A DNA stretch of 64,000 nt from positions 9,640 to 73,639 of the forward strand of contig JAVZUI010000003.1 in the NCBI GenBank assembly GCA_038879095.1, given 5' to 3'. A program made the position numbers and the translations under genes. Source of the DNA: Pyrobaculum sp. GTDB taxonomy: Archaea > Thermoproteota > Thermoprotei > Thermoproteales > Thermoproteaceae. Of the stretch, positions 53,916 to 62,805 are shown piece after piece. The notes beneath the pieces are model-generated. The model worked only from the letters and a program-made list of their open reading frames with translations, was not told where the DNA came from and did no database searches. Each line of letters opens with the position of its first letter. Within the stretch, counting starts at the first letter, position 1.

Positions 53916-55145
53916 GTGGATGTTTTTAACCCCTGGTGGAGGGGGAGGCCGGAGGAGGACCCCCACTTGGCCAAGTGGGCTGGGCAGGAGGTGAGGTGGG
54001 TCCCAGACCTGGTCTACCAGATAGAGGTGCGGCCCTACTCTCTGCACTTCGTCTACGGGCCAAGGCAGGTGGGAAAGACTACCGCGCTTAAGCTTTTTAT
54101 CAAGCGGTTGCTAGAGGAGGGGCGGGACCCCCGTTCTATTTTTTACTACAGTTGCGACATGTTGAGCGACTACAGAGAGCTGGCCGAGGTTTTGCAGGAG
54201 GTGGCGCGGCTTAAGAAAAACTGGCGGGTAGAGTCTGCAGTTGTTGTGTTAGACGAGGTGACTTACCCCAGGGAGTGGTTTAGGGCTTTGAAACACTTCG
54301 TCGACCTGGGAGTTTTTAAAAACGACGTGATCATCGCCACGGGGTCTGTGAGCATGTTCGCCAAGAGGGAGGTGGAGACGTTCCCAGGGAGAAGAGGCGG
54401 CGGAAGAGACTACGTGTTGTACCCCCTCTCTTTTAGAAAATTTATAGAAGTGGCGGGGGCCGGCGAGGACTACGAGGCGTGGAAGACGCGTCTGGAGGAG
54501 CTCCTCGACCTCTACTTGAGATGCGGCGGCATGCCGCCCTCTGTGGTGAGCTGCCTCACTAGGGGTGCGCCGGACCTAAGCGCAGACCACCTCTTCGTCT
54601 CCTCGCTAAGCTTCGACTTGGCGAGGCTGGGCCGAAGCGAGGCGTACGCAAAGAGGCTGCTCAGAGCAATCATCGCCAAGGCGCCCTCCCCCGTATCACT
54701 AAACGCCTTGGCCAAGGAGTCGGAGTTCCCCACCCACAAGACCGTCTTCTCCTACCTCTCCCTACTAGAGAACTTATTTGTGTTAAAACAAGTGTACTGG
54801 GTTGACCCCTTCACCCTCCAGGAGGACTACAGAAAAGAGCGGAAAATCCACCTACTAGACCCCGCCATGTACCGCGCCTTTGCACAGTGGGTAGGAGCCC
54901 AGCCGCCCGGGCCCGAGGTGTTGCTAGAGGCAGTAGTGGCCATGCACCTCGCGAGGGCTTACAAAGTGGGGTATTGGAGAAATAGCAGAGAAATAGACGT
55001 CGTTGTGCCCGAGCTGGGCCTCGGCGTGGAGGTCAAGTGGGGCAAGGCGGGGAGAGGCGGGAAGGTGGGGAAAATAAAATACGTGGAACTATCCCGCGAG
55101 GATGTCGTCAAGTTCTTACTTCAGCTTAGAAACACTTCGTCATAG
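53916..55145 (+). CDS. AAA+ ATPase of the COG1373 type (AAA_14 plus DUF4143-like C-terminus)
   Basis: 'NPWW' N-terminus, Walker A 'GPRQVGKTT', Walker B 'VVLDEV'. Confidence 0.7.
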   Translation: MDVFNPWWRGRPEEDPHLAKWAGQEVRWVPDLVYQIEVRPYSLHFVYGPRQVGKTTALKLFIKRLLEEGRDPRSIFYYSCDMLSDYRELAEVLQEVARLKKNWRVESAVVVLDEVTYPREWFRALKHFVDLGVFKNDVIIATGSVSMFAKREVETFPGRRGGGRDYVLYPLSFRKFIEVAGAGEDYEAWKTRLEELLDLYLRCGGMPPSVVSCLTRGAPDLSADHLFVSSLSFDLARLGRSEAYAKRLLRAIIAKAPSPVSLNALAKESEFPTHKTVFSYLSLLENLFVLKQVYWVDPFTLQEDYRKERKIHLLDPAMYRAFAQWVGAQPPGPEVLLEAVVAMHLARAYKVGYWRNSREIDVVVPELGLGVEVKWGKAGRGGKVGKIKYVELSREDVVKFLLQLRNTSS

Positions 55146-55169
55146 CTCTAGTCACGGCCGTCTCATCAC
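55121..55169 (-). ncRNA. Candidate C/D box sRNA
   Basis: The minus strand reads GUGAUGA (C), a 12-nt guide GACGGCCGUGAC, UAGA (D'), GCU, AUGACGA (C'), a 12-nt guide AGUGUUUCUAAG, and CUGA (D). It overlaps the 3' end of the convergent ATPase gene. Confidence 0.3.
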
Positions 55170-55215
55170 GGCTCCCACTCTTTCAATGTTTATAAAGTTA
55201 CAACACTTTTCTGCC

Positions 55216-56232
55216 ATGGCCATAAGGACTTTATTGGCGGTTATTATAATAATCGCGGCGGTGTTGGCGGCTTTTTTAGCAATCCAAGCCACTCAACAGA
55301 CGTCTTCCAAGAGGCTTGTGATAGTGGGACCCGCCGGGATAAGCGACTTGGGCCAGGCCCTGGCTAAGAAGTTTAGCGAAAAATACGGCGTCAACGCCAC
55401 GTTTGTGGCGCTGGGCGGCGCCGTGGAGATGGTAAACGAGCTTGTCAGGAATAGGGATAACCCGCCCTGGGACGTGGCCATTGGGATCCCCGAGTTTTAC
55501 TACACCGTCTTAATAGACAAAGACGTGTTGTACTGCCCCGGGCTAAAAATCGACGGGGTGCCCCAGGAGGAGTTCTGGGACCCCAAGGGCTGCGTCTACC
55601 CCCTGGACAAGTCTTACATCGGCATCGTCTATAACGCCACAGCGTTGTCGAGGCTGGGCGTCCCCCCGCCGCAGACTCTTGACGACTTGTTAAAGCCGCA
55701 GTACAAGGGGCTTGTTACATATCCCAACCCCGTCCAGTCAGGCACGGGGCTGGCCGTGTTGTCGTGGATAATGTCTATAAAAGGGGAAGAGGCGGGCTGG
55801 GCCTATTTAAAACAACTATCTGGACAAATTGCGAAGATAGGCTACCCCAGCGGCTTCACCTCGCTCCACAACGCGCTTAAGAGAGGCGAGGCGCTGATAG
55901 CCCTGTCGTGGTACAGCCACGCCATAGACCCCGGGACGCCTGACATGAAGGCCGCCACATACAGCGCGTTCCTCTACCGAGAAGGCTTGGCCGTCCTTAA
56001 AAACGCCAAGAACAGAGACTTGGCCGTGGAGTTTGTAAAATTTGCCCTAAGTAAAGAGGGGCAGGACTTGGTAGACCCATACAACTACATGCTCCCAGTG
56101 AGGCCAGACGCAGTGGTGGAAAACAACAAAGGCCTGCCGCGGCCCCAGTCCGTCGTGGTGTACAACCCCGCCCTGGGCTCAAAGGCGGACGAGTGGAGGC
56201 TGAGGTGGCAAAGAGAAATAGCCTCTGGCTAA
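55216..56232 (+). CDS. ABC transporter substrate-binding protein (family 1; Fe(III)/thiamine-type)
   Basis: N-terminal TM anchor, then an SBP_bac_1-like body ('VTYPNPVQSGTGLAVL', 'ALSWYSHA'). Confidence 0.65.
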   Translation: MAIRTLLAVIIIIAAVLAAFLAIQATQQTSSKRLVIVGPAGISDLGQALAKKFSEKYGVNATFVALGGAVEMVNELVRNRDNPPWDVAIGIPEFYYTVLIDKDVLYCPGLKIDGVPQEEFWDPKGCVYPLDKSYIGIVYNATALSRLGVPPPQTLDDLLKPQYKGLVTYPNPVQSGTGLAVLSWIMSIKGEEAGWAYLKQLSGQIAKIGYPSGFTSLHNALKRGEALIALSWYSHAIDPGTPDMKAATYSAFLYREGLAVLKNAKNRDLAVEFVKFALSKEGQDLVDPYNYMLPVRPDAVVENNKGLPRPQSVVVYNPALGSKADEWRLRWQREIASG

Positions 56233-57629
56233 TACCCGCCTTTTTCCTCCTCGCCTACGCCCTGCCCTATTTAATTTTATTAACTAGATACTGGGCGCCC
56301 CCGGCGCCTGACCCCTACGTCTTCTGGGTCTTGGCCTACTCGCTTGCGCAAGCCGCGGCCTCGGCGGCGCTTTCCTTGGCCGTAGGCGTCTTGCTAGGCC
56401 CCGCCTTTTTAAAAACGCCCTGGGTTAAGCCGATTGTGGTAATCCCCTTCTTCGCCCCGGCCCTCTCCACAGTGGATGCCCTCGTGAGGTTACACGGAGA
56501 CGTGATGTACGGCCCACTGGGCATTGTAATAGCCCACACGGCGTATTACGCCCCCTACGTCGCCTTGTTAGTAGAATCAAACCTACGCTCCATACCCGCC
56601 GACTTGTTAGACGCATTGGAGATATACGCCAGGAGGAGGGCGACGAGGCTGAGGATAATGATTTGGGAGCTGAGGCCGTCGCTTCTATACGCCTTCTACA
56701 CAGTTTTTGTGTTCAGCTTCTTAAGCTTCACCACGCCCCTACTCCTCGGCGGCCGCTACCCAACGCTGGAGCTACTCGCCTACATATACGCCACGTCCTT
56801 CGCCTCGACTCAGCTACTATCCACTGTAGTTGTCTTAATTCTGTTGACGTCTATCCTCTTGGCAGTCCCGTTGTTAAAACTACCCACGCCGCCGCCCTCT
56901 GCGCCCACCCCCCGGCCGCCTGGCATAGGATGGCATGTCACCGCCGCCTCGCATGCCGCCGTTGCGTACTACACAGTCTTGGTCGTCTACATCTTGCAAC
57001 CCCTAACCGCCCCCAGAGGAGTCGCCGAGCTGGCGCCCTATTTGTTAAACAGCTTTGTCGTAGCCGTTGTGTCCTCCGCCGCGTCAATTGCGGCTGTGCT
57101 GGCCTTCCTAGCCGCGGACCTGGCTGGCGGCAAGGCCTCCGCGTTGGTATACGTAGTTTCTATGGCCATGTCAAAAAGTCTCTACGCCATCGGCTACTTC
57201 TACCTCGCACAGCCGCTATACGGGACTCTGCTTGCGCTAGCCGCGGCCCACGCCTTGGTGATAACTCCCTTCACCTACTCGCTGTTAAAACCAGCATTTG
57301 AGAAAATCAGACTCGACGTAAGAGAGGCGTGCTCACTCTACCTAACCCCTGGAAAATGCGTCGCCAGGATAATGACAGAAGCCTTGGGGCCCTCTGTGGT
57401 ACAGGCGTGGCTCCTCTCCCTAGCATCCTCCCTCTCGGAGACAACGCTGGCGTTTATCCTAACGGCCGGCGGCGCCACCACCCTGTCGGCACAGGCGGCG
57501 AAGTTACTGACGTCGCGGGCTCCCGACTTTATAGAGGCCGGCCACTTCTACTCGGCGGTGTTGGCAACCGTAGTTATTTTAATAATGGCCGCCTCAAGGG
57601 CGGTGAAGACTAGGCCATACTCTTTTTAA
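56193..57629 (+). CDS. ABC transporter permease with duplicated permease domains (FbpB/ThiP-like)
   Basis: About 12 TM segments and two EAA-like loops ('DLLDALEIYARRRATRL', 'DVREACSLYLTPGKCVARI'). Confidence 0.65.
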   Translation: MEAEVAKRNSLWLIPAFFLLAYALPYLILLTRYWAPPAPDPYVFWVLAYSLAQAAASAALSLAVGVLLGPAFLKTPWVKPIVVIPFFAPALSTVDALVRLHGDVMYGPLGIVIAHTAYYAPYVALLVESNLRSIPADLLDALEIYARRRATRLRIMIWELRPSLLYAFYTVFVFSFLSFTTPLLLGGRYPTLELLAYIYATSFASTQLLSTVVVLILLTSILLAVPLLKLPTPPPSAPTPRPPGIGWHVTAASHAAVAYYTVLVVYILQPLTAPRGVAELAPYLLNSFVVAVVSSAASIAAVLAFLAADLAGGKASALVYVVSMAMSKSLYAIGYFYLAQPLYGTLLALAAAHALVITPFTYSLLKPAFEKIRLDVREACSLYLTPGKCVARIMTEALGPSVVQAWLLSLASSLSETTLAFILTAGGATTLSAQAAKLLTSRAPDFIEAGHFYSAVLATVVILIMAASRAVKTRPYSF

Positions 57630-58539
57630 AACACTTCCCCTTCACCACTCTAAACCTCACCCTCGGCCCCGGGGGGCTTGTAAGCCTAAGCCTCAGAGTC
57701 CTCCCGCCGTGCCTCACAACAGCCTCGTATCGGCCCCCAGCGTACCAGTACGCCACCACCTCCCCCTCGAGGGGGCCCCCCTCCTCCACGTCCCAAGGCC
57801 TAAAAAACAAGTCGCCGCACTCCGCCTCGACGGAGTTGTAGTAGCCCAAAAACCTGGCCACCTCCACGGTTGGTGGGTCTTCGAAGACTTCCACCACCCC
57901 TCCATACGCCGCCACCTTGCCCCCCATCACCACGGCCACCTTCTCAGCTATGTAAGCCGCCTCTTCGAAGTCGTGGGTGACGTACACCACCGTCCGCCCC
58001 CTAGCCGCCTCGTAGATGTAGGGCAACACCTCGCCCCTAAGCGGCGCGTCGAGGGCAGTCAACGGCTCGTCTAAGAGCAGGACAGACGGCTCCACCACCA
58101 AGGCTCTTGCAAGAGCCACCCTCTGCTGCTGCCCTCTGCTGAGCTCCGCCGGGTACCTCTCCTCCAAGCCGCCCAGGCCCAGCCTGGCCAAGACCTCCCT
58201 CGCCCTCTCCTCGGCCTCTCTCTTGCCGACCCCACGCGCCATCAGGGGCTCCGCCACGTTTTCTAACACGGTGAGAGAGGGGAACAGGGCGGGGCTTTGA
58301 AAAACCACCCCGACCCCCCGCTCCCAGGGCTTCTTATGGGTGACGTCCACGCCGTCGATCAAAACTCTCCCGCGGTCCGGCGTCAAGAAGCCCGCCAAAA
58401 TTCTGAGGAGGGTGGACTTGCCCGCCCCCGACGGGCCGACAACCGCCACTCTCTCTCCTCTGCCGATTTTGAGGTCTACGGGGCCGAGACGAAAAGAGCC
58501 GAGTTTTTTCTCTACGCCTAGTAGAACTACCTCGCTCAC
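57610..58539 (-). CDS. ABC transporter ATP-binding protein with C-terminal TOBE-like domain
   Basis: Walker A 'GPSGAGKST', signature 'LSRGQQQRV', Walker B 'LLLDEP'. Convergent with the permease. Confidence 0.8.
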   Translation of the reverse strand: MSEVVLLGVEKKLGSFRLGPVDLKIGRGERVAVVGPSGAGKSTLLRILAGFLTPDRGRVLIDGVDVTHKKPWERGVGVVFQSPALFPSLTVLENVAEPLMARGVGKREAEERAREVLARLGLGGLEERYPAELSRGQQQRVALARALVVEPSVLLLDEPLTALDAPLRGEVLPYIYEAARGRTVVYVTHDFEEAAYIAEKVAVVMGGKVAAYGGVVEVFEDPPTVEVARFLGYYNSVEAECGDLFFRPWDVEEGGPLEGEVVAYWYAGGRYEAVVRHGGRTLRLRLTSPPGPRVRFRVVKGKCFKKSMA

Positions 58540-59117
58540 CTTTTAGAGGCTTGTACTCTCAGTATCCCAGGCGCGGTTATTATGTCCTTTACCTCGTAGC
58601 CCATCTCCTCTAGTAGACACACCACAGCCCTGGCGGTGGCCTCCACGTTCTCTATGCTGTACCCCACGCCGATGGCGTCGAGAGTAAAGTCGCCGCCCTC
58701 TGCCTTAACCTCAAACCTCTTAGCCGGCACCACCCTGGTGAGATAGGGGGTGAGCTGCGCCGCCTGTTCTAAAGAGCCGAACACAGCCTTTATGTAACTG
58801 GCCAGCATCCTCCCCGCCTCGCACCAAGACTTCAACACGGCGTCTTTACTCTCTTTAAACATTTCCACGACCATCCTGTCCAGCAACCTGCCGGGAATCG
58901 GCACAGTCTCTAGCTCCGTCATTACTTTGTAAAAGAGGGCTATGTCCCTGATCTGAGTGACGCTGTAGCCCTGGCGTATTAACTCAAGGCCGATGCCTAG
59001 GATTTGGTTGGCCAACGCAAACTGGGTCATTCCCAGCTCCTCGGCTGTGGAGGCCAGTTGCTCAGCTATGTCCTTCGCCACCGCGATGTTCACCCTGTCC
59101 TTCTTCATCTGGCTCAT
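58536..59117 (-). CDS. Putative regulator with N-terminal ribbon-helix-helix-like segment
   Basis: 'KKDRVNIAVAKDIAEQLASTAEELGMTQ' is RHH-like at the N-terminus. The C-terminal domain is unknown. Divergent from feoB. Confidence 0.35.
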   Translation of the reverse strand: MSQMKKDRVNIAVAKDIAEQLASTAEELGMTQFALANQILGIGLELIRQGYSVTQIRDIALFYKVMTELETVPIPGRLLDRMVVEMFKESKDAVLKSWCEAGRMLASYIKAVFGSLEQAAQLTPYLTRVVPAKRFEVKAEGGDFTLDAIGVGYSIENVEATARAVVCLLEEMGYEVKDIITAPGILRVQASKR

Positions 59118-59274
59118 GTAATAGAAAAATAGATATACTTTTAAACATTATGTTCAATAAAAGACAAATGTATCTATCGTCCCACAGTTTTCGACCATCC
59201 TCTTGCCTAAGTACAAAATAGTTTTCGAATCCATTTCTTGTTAATTATCAAAATTAGTCTTTAAAAATTTATAT

Positions 59275-59289
59275 ATTAACATCGTTAAC
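59275..59289. promoter_or_regulatory. Operator-like ATTAACATCGTTAAC (TTAAC-N3-GTTAA) between the TATA box and the feoB start
   Basis: Core identical to the other three sites. Here it lies downstream of 'CTTTAAAAATTTATAT' and 6 nt before the GTG at 59295. Confidence 0.5.
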
Positions 59290-59294
59290 TCCAC

Positions 59295-61001
59295 GTGGTC
59301 AAGCGATACGCGCTTGTGGGGCCGCCCAACGTGGGCAAGTCCTCGCTGTTTTACGCACTCACCGGGGTATACGTCAAGACTGCCAACTACCCTGGCACCA
59401 CTGTTGAAATACACCGCGGCTACGTCAAGAAAGTAGGCGACAAGATAGAAGTCGTCGACCTCCCCGGCGTGTTAAACCCCCAAAGCCCCCAAGACGACGA
59501 CGAGAAAATTACAGTCAAAGAAATCGCCGAGGGGCAGTACGACGGCGTCATAGTTGTGGCGGCCCCACACGCATTGCAGGAGTCGCTGTTGTTGGCGGAG
59601 TACGCCAGCAGGCACAAGCCTGTTGCCCTAGTTATAAACATGGTAGACCTGTGGCGGCCCGCCTATTCTGAAGAGGAGCTGGAAAAACTCCTCGGCGTGC
59701 CGGTGGTGTACGCCTCTGCGACTAGGCGCCTAGGGCTGGAGAAATTAACTAAGTTGATGGCGTCTGGCATACCCCATTTAAAAATTTCAACTACCAAGCT
59801 GGAGGCACCGCCGCTCTACGCCGCGGCTAAGAGCTACGTCTTTTCAAGACCGGCCCTCGCCCTGTCCCTCCTGGTGGGGATCGGCCTATTTACGTCGCTA
59901 CTCCTCATGGCCGTAATCGAGGGCGTAACCCCCCTGGGGCAGCTCCCCTTCTCCCTCTCCGCACTACTTGAGGCGGTGGACGCATACATCAAGACTTGGA
60001 TCTTGTCCCAAGTCGGCGGCCCCGCGGGGTCGTTTCTGGCAAACGCGCTGTGGGGGTCTTTGATGACCATAGCCACCATAATGCTGTACGTCTCAGTGGC
60101 CTTGGTGTTGGTGGTGTTTTACGAAGACAGCGGGTTGATAGGCTACTTGTCGCGCCGAGTGGAGGGGCTACTAGCCTCCGCCGGGGTCCCCCCAAGGGGG
60201 GTGGTGTGTCTTCTCGTGGGCGCCTCTTGCAACGTGCCTGCGGCGGCGTCGGCAGGCGTCTTGTGGGGGAGGGGAAACAGAGTGCTCACGGCGCTTTTAG
60301 TCCCCTACATGCCCTGCGTGGCTAGGCTTGCCATTTTCGCCGCCGTGGCCACCGCCGCTTTGGCCAAGACGCCGTACCTCATACCGGCGGCCATCCTCTT
60401 GCCGTACATCGCGGGGCTGGTGTTCGCCTTAGTGGCCTCGGCGGTTTATAGAAAGGTCCTCGGCATTGAGAGGTCCTCCTTTGGGAAGACGCCGCCGACG
60501 CCGCTGATGGTGCCCGACGTGGGCATCTTCTTTAAAAAAGTGGCGGTGGAGATATTAGAGTTTTTCAGAAAGGTGGCGCCCATATTGATCCCCGCCTTGT
60601 TGTTGCTGTGGCCACTGACGGCGTTCGGCCCCGGCGGATATGTGGAAGACGTCTCCCAGTCCTACATGGCGCAGGCGGGGAGGGCGCTGGAGCCGTTGTT
60701 CTCGCCCATGGGGCTACCCTGGGAGGTCGTGGCGCCGCTGGCCGCCGGGTGGGTGTTTAAAGAGGTGGTGCTCGGCCTGTTGGAGGCGATGGGCGGCCTA
60801 GCCGCGCTTTCGCGGCTACCCCTACCCTCCGTCATGGCGTTTCTAGTATTCACGGCGTTTTACTCCGCCTGCGTGGCCACCTTGGCCACGCTTAAAAAAA
60901 CCCTAGGGCTGAGGCTTCTAGCCCTCAGCGTGGCTGTGAACCTGGCGCTTGCATACGTCGCCTCCTACGCCACCTATCTATTCTTCTCCATCTTAGCCTA
61001 G
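59295..61001 (+). CDS. feoB: Ferrous iron transporter FeoB
   Basis: N-terminal G domain 'LVGPPNVGKSSLF', 'YPGTTVE' and 'VVDLPG', followed by a polytopic membrane domain. Confidence 0.85.
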   Translation: MVKRYALVGPPNVGKSSLFYALTGVYVKTANYPGTTVEIHRGYVKKVGDKIEVVDLPGVLNPQSPQDDDEKITVKEIAEGQYDGVIVVAAPHALQESLLLAEYASRHKPVALVINMVDLWRPAYSEEELEKLLGVPVVYASATRRLGLEKLTKLMASGIPHLKISTTKLEAPPLYAAAKSYVFSRPALALSLLVGIGLFTSLLLMAVIEGVTPLGQLPFSLSALLEAVDAYIKTWILSQVGGPAGSFLANALWGSLMTIATIMLYVSVALVLVVFYEDSGLIGYLSRRVEGLLASAGVPPRGVVCLLVGASCNVPAAASAGVLWGRGNRVLTALLVPYMPCVARLAIFAAVATAALAKTPYLIPAAILLPYIAGLVFALVASAVYRKVLGIERSSFGKTPPTPLMVPDVGIFFKKVAVEILEFFRKVAPILIPALLLLWPLTAFGPGGYVEDVSQSYMAQAGRALEPLFSPMGLPWEVVAPLAAGWVFKEVVLGLLEAMGGLAALSRLPLPSVMAFLVFTAFYSACVATLATLKKTLGLRLLALSVAVNLALAYVASYATYLFFSILA

Positions 61002-61548
61002 AGGCCACGTAGCCCACTGGCACGGCGACGTGCGACATCAGAGTAAACGGCACCAACGCCGCCAGGAGGCAGGCCGAGGCGAAGTGCAGGTAGAACAACG
61101 CCTCGTAAGGGCCTGAGAGCGGAGGCGGGGAGAAGGCCCAGCTTATATAAACGTCTCTGCGCCCCGACGCCCCCATGGCCACGCCGCTCCATACCAAGAC
61201 GGTAGACAGGGCGAGGGCCAACGCCCGCTCGACAGATCCCCTCAGCCTATACCTAGCTAAGAGCGTTGCCGCCGTTCCTGCCACTAGCCCCACGGCCGTC
61301 CCCACCGCCGCAAGTTGGGCAGGGGGTGGGACGAATATAAATAAGTGGCCTGTCAGTGAGGCGGTCAGCGCGACGTGGAAAACCCAGGACAAGGCCCTGA
61401 TCTTTAAGTCTTGGATTGAGCCAAAGGTGAGAAATCTCCACACCTCTTGTGGCGCCGTAGAGGTGGGAGACTTTAAAACGGCCACAAGCGCCTGGGCTGC
61501 TGCAAACGCGGTGGACGCGGCGAGTATGAGGAGGAATAAGTATACCAC
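60925..61548 (-). CDS. NarI/DsrM/HdrE-like membrane b-type cytochrome candidate
   Basis: Five TM segments with conserved-looking His residues ('WVFHVAL', 'GHLFIF', 'YLHFAS', 'MSHVAV'). Divergent from the Fe-S/CCG protein gene. Confidence 0.45.
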   Translation of the reverse strand: MVYLFLLILAASTAFAAAQALVAVLKSPTSTAPQEVWRFLTFGSIQDLKIRALSWVFHVALTASLTGHLFIFVPPPAQLAAVGTAVGLVAGTAATLLARYRLRGSVERALALALSTVLVWSGVAMGASGRRDVYISWAFSPPPLSGPYEALFYLHFASACLLAALVPFTLMSHVAVPVGYVASRLRWRRIDRWRRRRRMQAPGSQPR

Positions 61549-61554
61549 GCGGCC

Positions 61555-62805
61555 ATGTCCTCAGTTGGTAAAAACTTTCACTATGTAAAATTTGCACTTT
61601 TCACATTATTAAAAACAGGTATATCTATACCCGTGGACTATGCGTACTACGCCTCGAAGAGTTGTGTACGATGCGGAAACTGCGTAGAGGCTTGTCCAAC
61701 GTATTTAGCCACCGGGGACTTGAAATACTCGCCCATGGGGCGCCTCGCGGCTTTAAGACAAAGAGCCCCCTCCGACCACCTCCTAGACTTGTTTGCCCAC
61801 TGTTCTATGTGTAAGAGATGCGCCTACTTCTGCCCCCTCGGCCTAGACGTGGCTGAGGCGACGAGACAAGTCAGAGACAGGCTGTGGCGCATGGGGAAGC
61901 CGGTTCCGTACGTGGCGAAGGTTGTGGACAACTTTGAAAAGTGGGGCAACAACATTGGGCTCACGCCGAGGGTGATACAACAAGTCCTCCGCGCCGCCGT
62001 TAGGAGGATTGAGAAAGAAAAGGGGCAGTCCCCCGCCGTCTACCTACACAACAACGGCGTGTTTATAAACGTGGCCAGCGGACAGGAGGAGGGGCCGAAG
62101 ACGCCGGCTTTGTTATTCCCATCTTCCTCAGACTTATTTGAATTCGACGAGGCGTTGAGGGGGTACGTATACTCTCTGTGGAAACTAGGCCTAGACGTCG
62201 TGGTCAGCGCCGAATTGGCAGACACGGCGAATTACGGCTACTACCTATCCACCGAGGCCATGACTAAGATCGCCGCTAAATACATAGAGGTGATTAAAGA
62301 GGTGAGGCCAAGTGTGGTTATCTTTGGCGAATGTGGACACGGGTGGCACGTCTTCACCCGCCTAGTGGCGCCTAGAGTAGACGTCCCCGTCTACCACATA
62401 CACGAAATACTAGCCGAGGCGTATTTAAGAGGAGAGCTAAGACTTAGGAGAATAGAAGTGGCGAGGCCCGTGGCCTACATGGACCCGTGTAACTACTCCA
62501 GGGGGGCGGGCCTTATAGAAGAGCCTAGGCTCTTGCTAAGAGCCGTGGTGGGCGACTACCTAGATTGGAAAAACCCAAAAGAGTCGCTCTGTTGCCTAGG
62601 GGGCGGGGGGCTCATAGCGCCGGACAAGCTTGAGCTAGCCGTGGCCTACTGGAAGAGGGCATACGGCCACTTACTTGGGGTCATCAAGACGGCGGTTAGG
62701 CCCTGCGCCACGTGTAAAGCCCAGCTGAAGAGAGTATTTGCGAGAATTGGCAAAGAGGCATCCGTCGTGGGTGTGGCTGAGCTGGTGTACAGGGCCTTGG
62801 ACTAG
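61555..62805 (+). CDS. HdrD/DsrK/GlpC-like Fe-S protein with CCG domains
   Basis: 'CVRCGNCVEACP' and 'CSMCKRCAYFCP' (two 4Fe-4S motifs) plus a cysteine-rich CCG-type 'SLCCLGGGG' and 'CATCKAQ'. Confidence 0.7.
   Translation: MSSVGKNFHYVKFALFTLLKTGISIPVDYAYYASKSCVRCGNCVEACPTYLATGDLKYSPMGRLAALRQRAPSDHLLDLFAHCSMCKRCAYFCPLGLDVAEATRQVRDRLWRMGKPVPYVAKVVDNFEKWGNNIGLTPRVIQQVLRAAVRRIEKEKGQSPAVYLHNNGVFINVASGQEEGPKTPALLFPSSSDLFEFDEALRGYVYSLWKLGLDVVVSAELADTANYGYYLSTEAMTKIAAKYIEVIKEVRPSVVIFGECGHGWHVFTRLVAPRVDVPVYHIHEILAEAYLRGELRLRRIEVARPVAYMDPCNYSRGAGLIEEPRLLLRAVVGDYLDWKNPKESLCCLGGGGLIAPDKLELAVAYWKRAYGHLLGVIKTAVRPCATCKAQLKRVFARIGKEASVVGVAELVYRALD

Noticed and set aside
59141-59157. Imperfect palindrome TTAAACATTATGTTCAA at the promoter of the RHH-like gene, as a fifth TTAAC-N3-GTTAA site.
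   Set aside because: The half-site spacing and sequence differ (TTAAAC-N5-GTTCAA). It may be a separate autoregulatory site, but it cannot be grouped with the four clear sites.
59222-59236. tRNA T-loop-like 'GTTTTCGAATCC'.
   Set aside because: It is embedded in an AT-rich promoter region with no GC-rich acceptor or T stems, which is inconsistent with a hyperthermophile tRNA.
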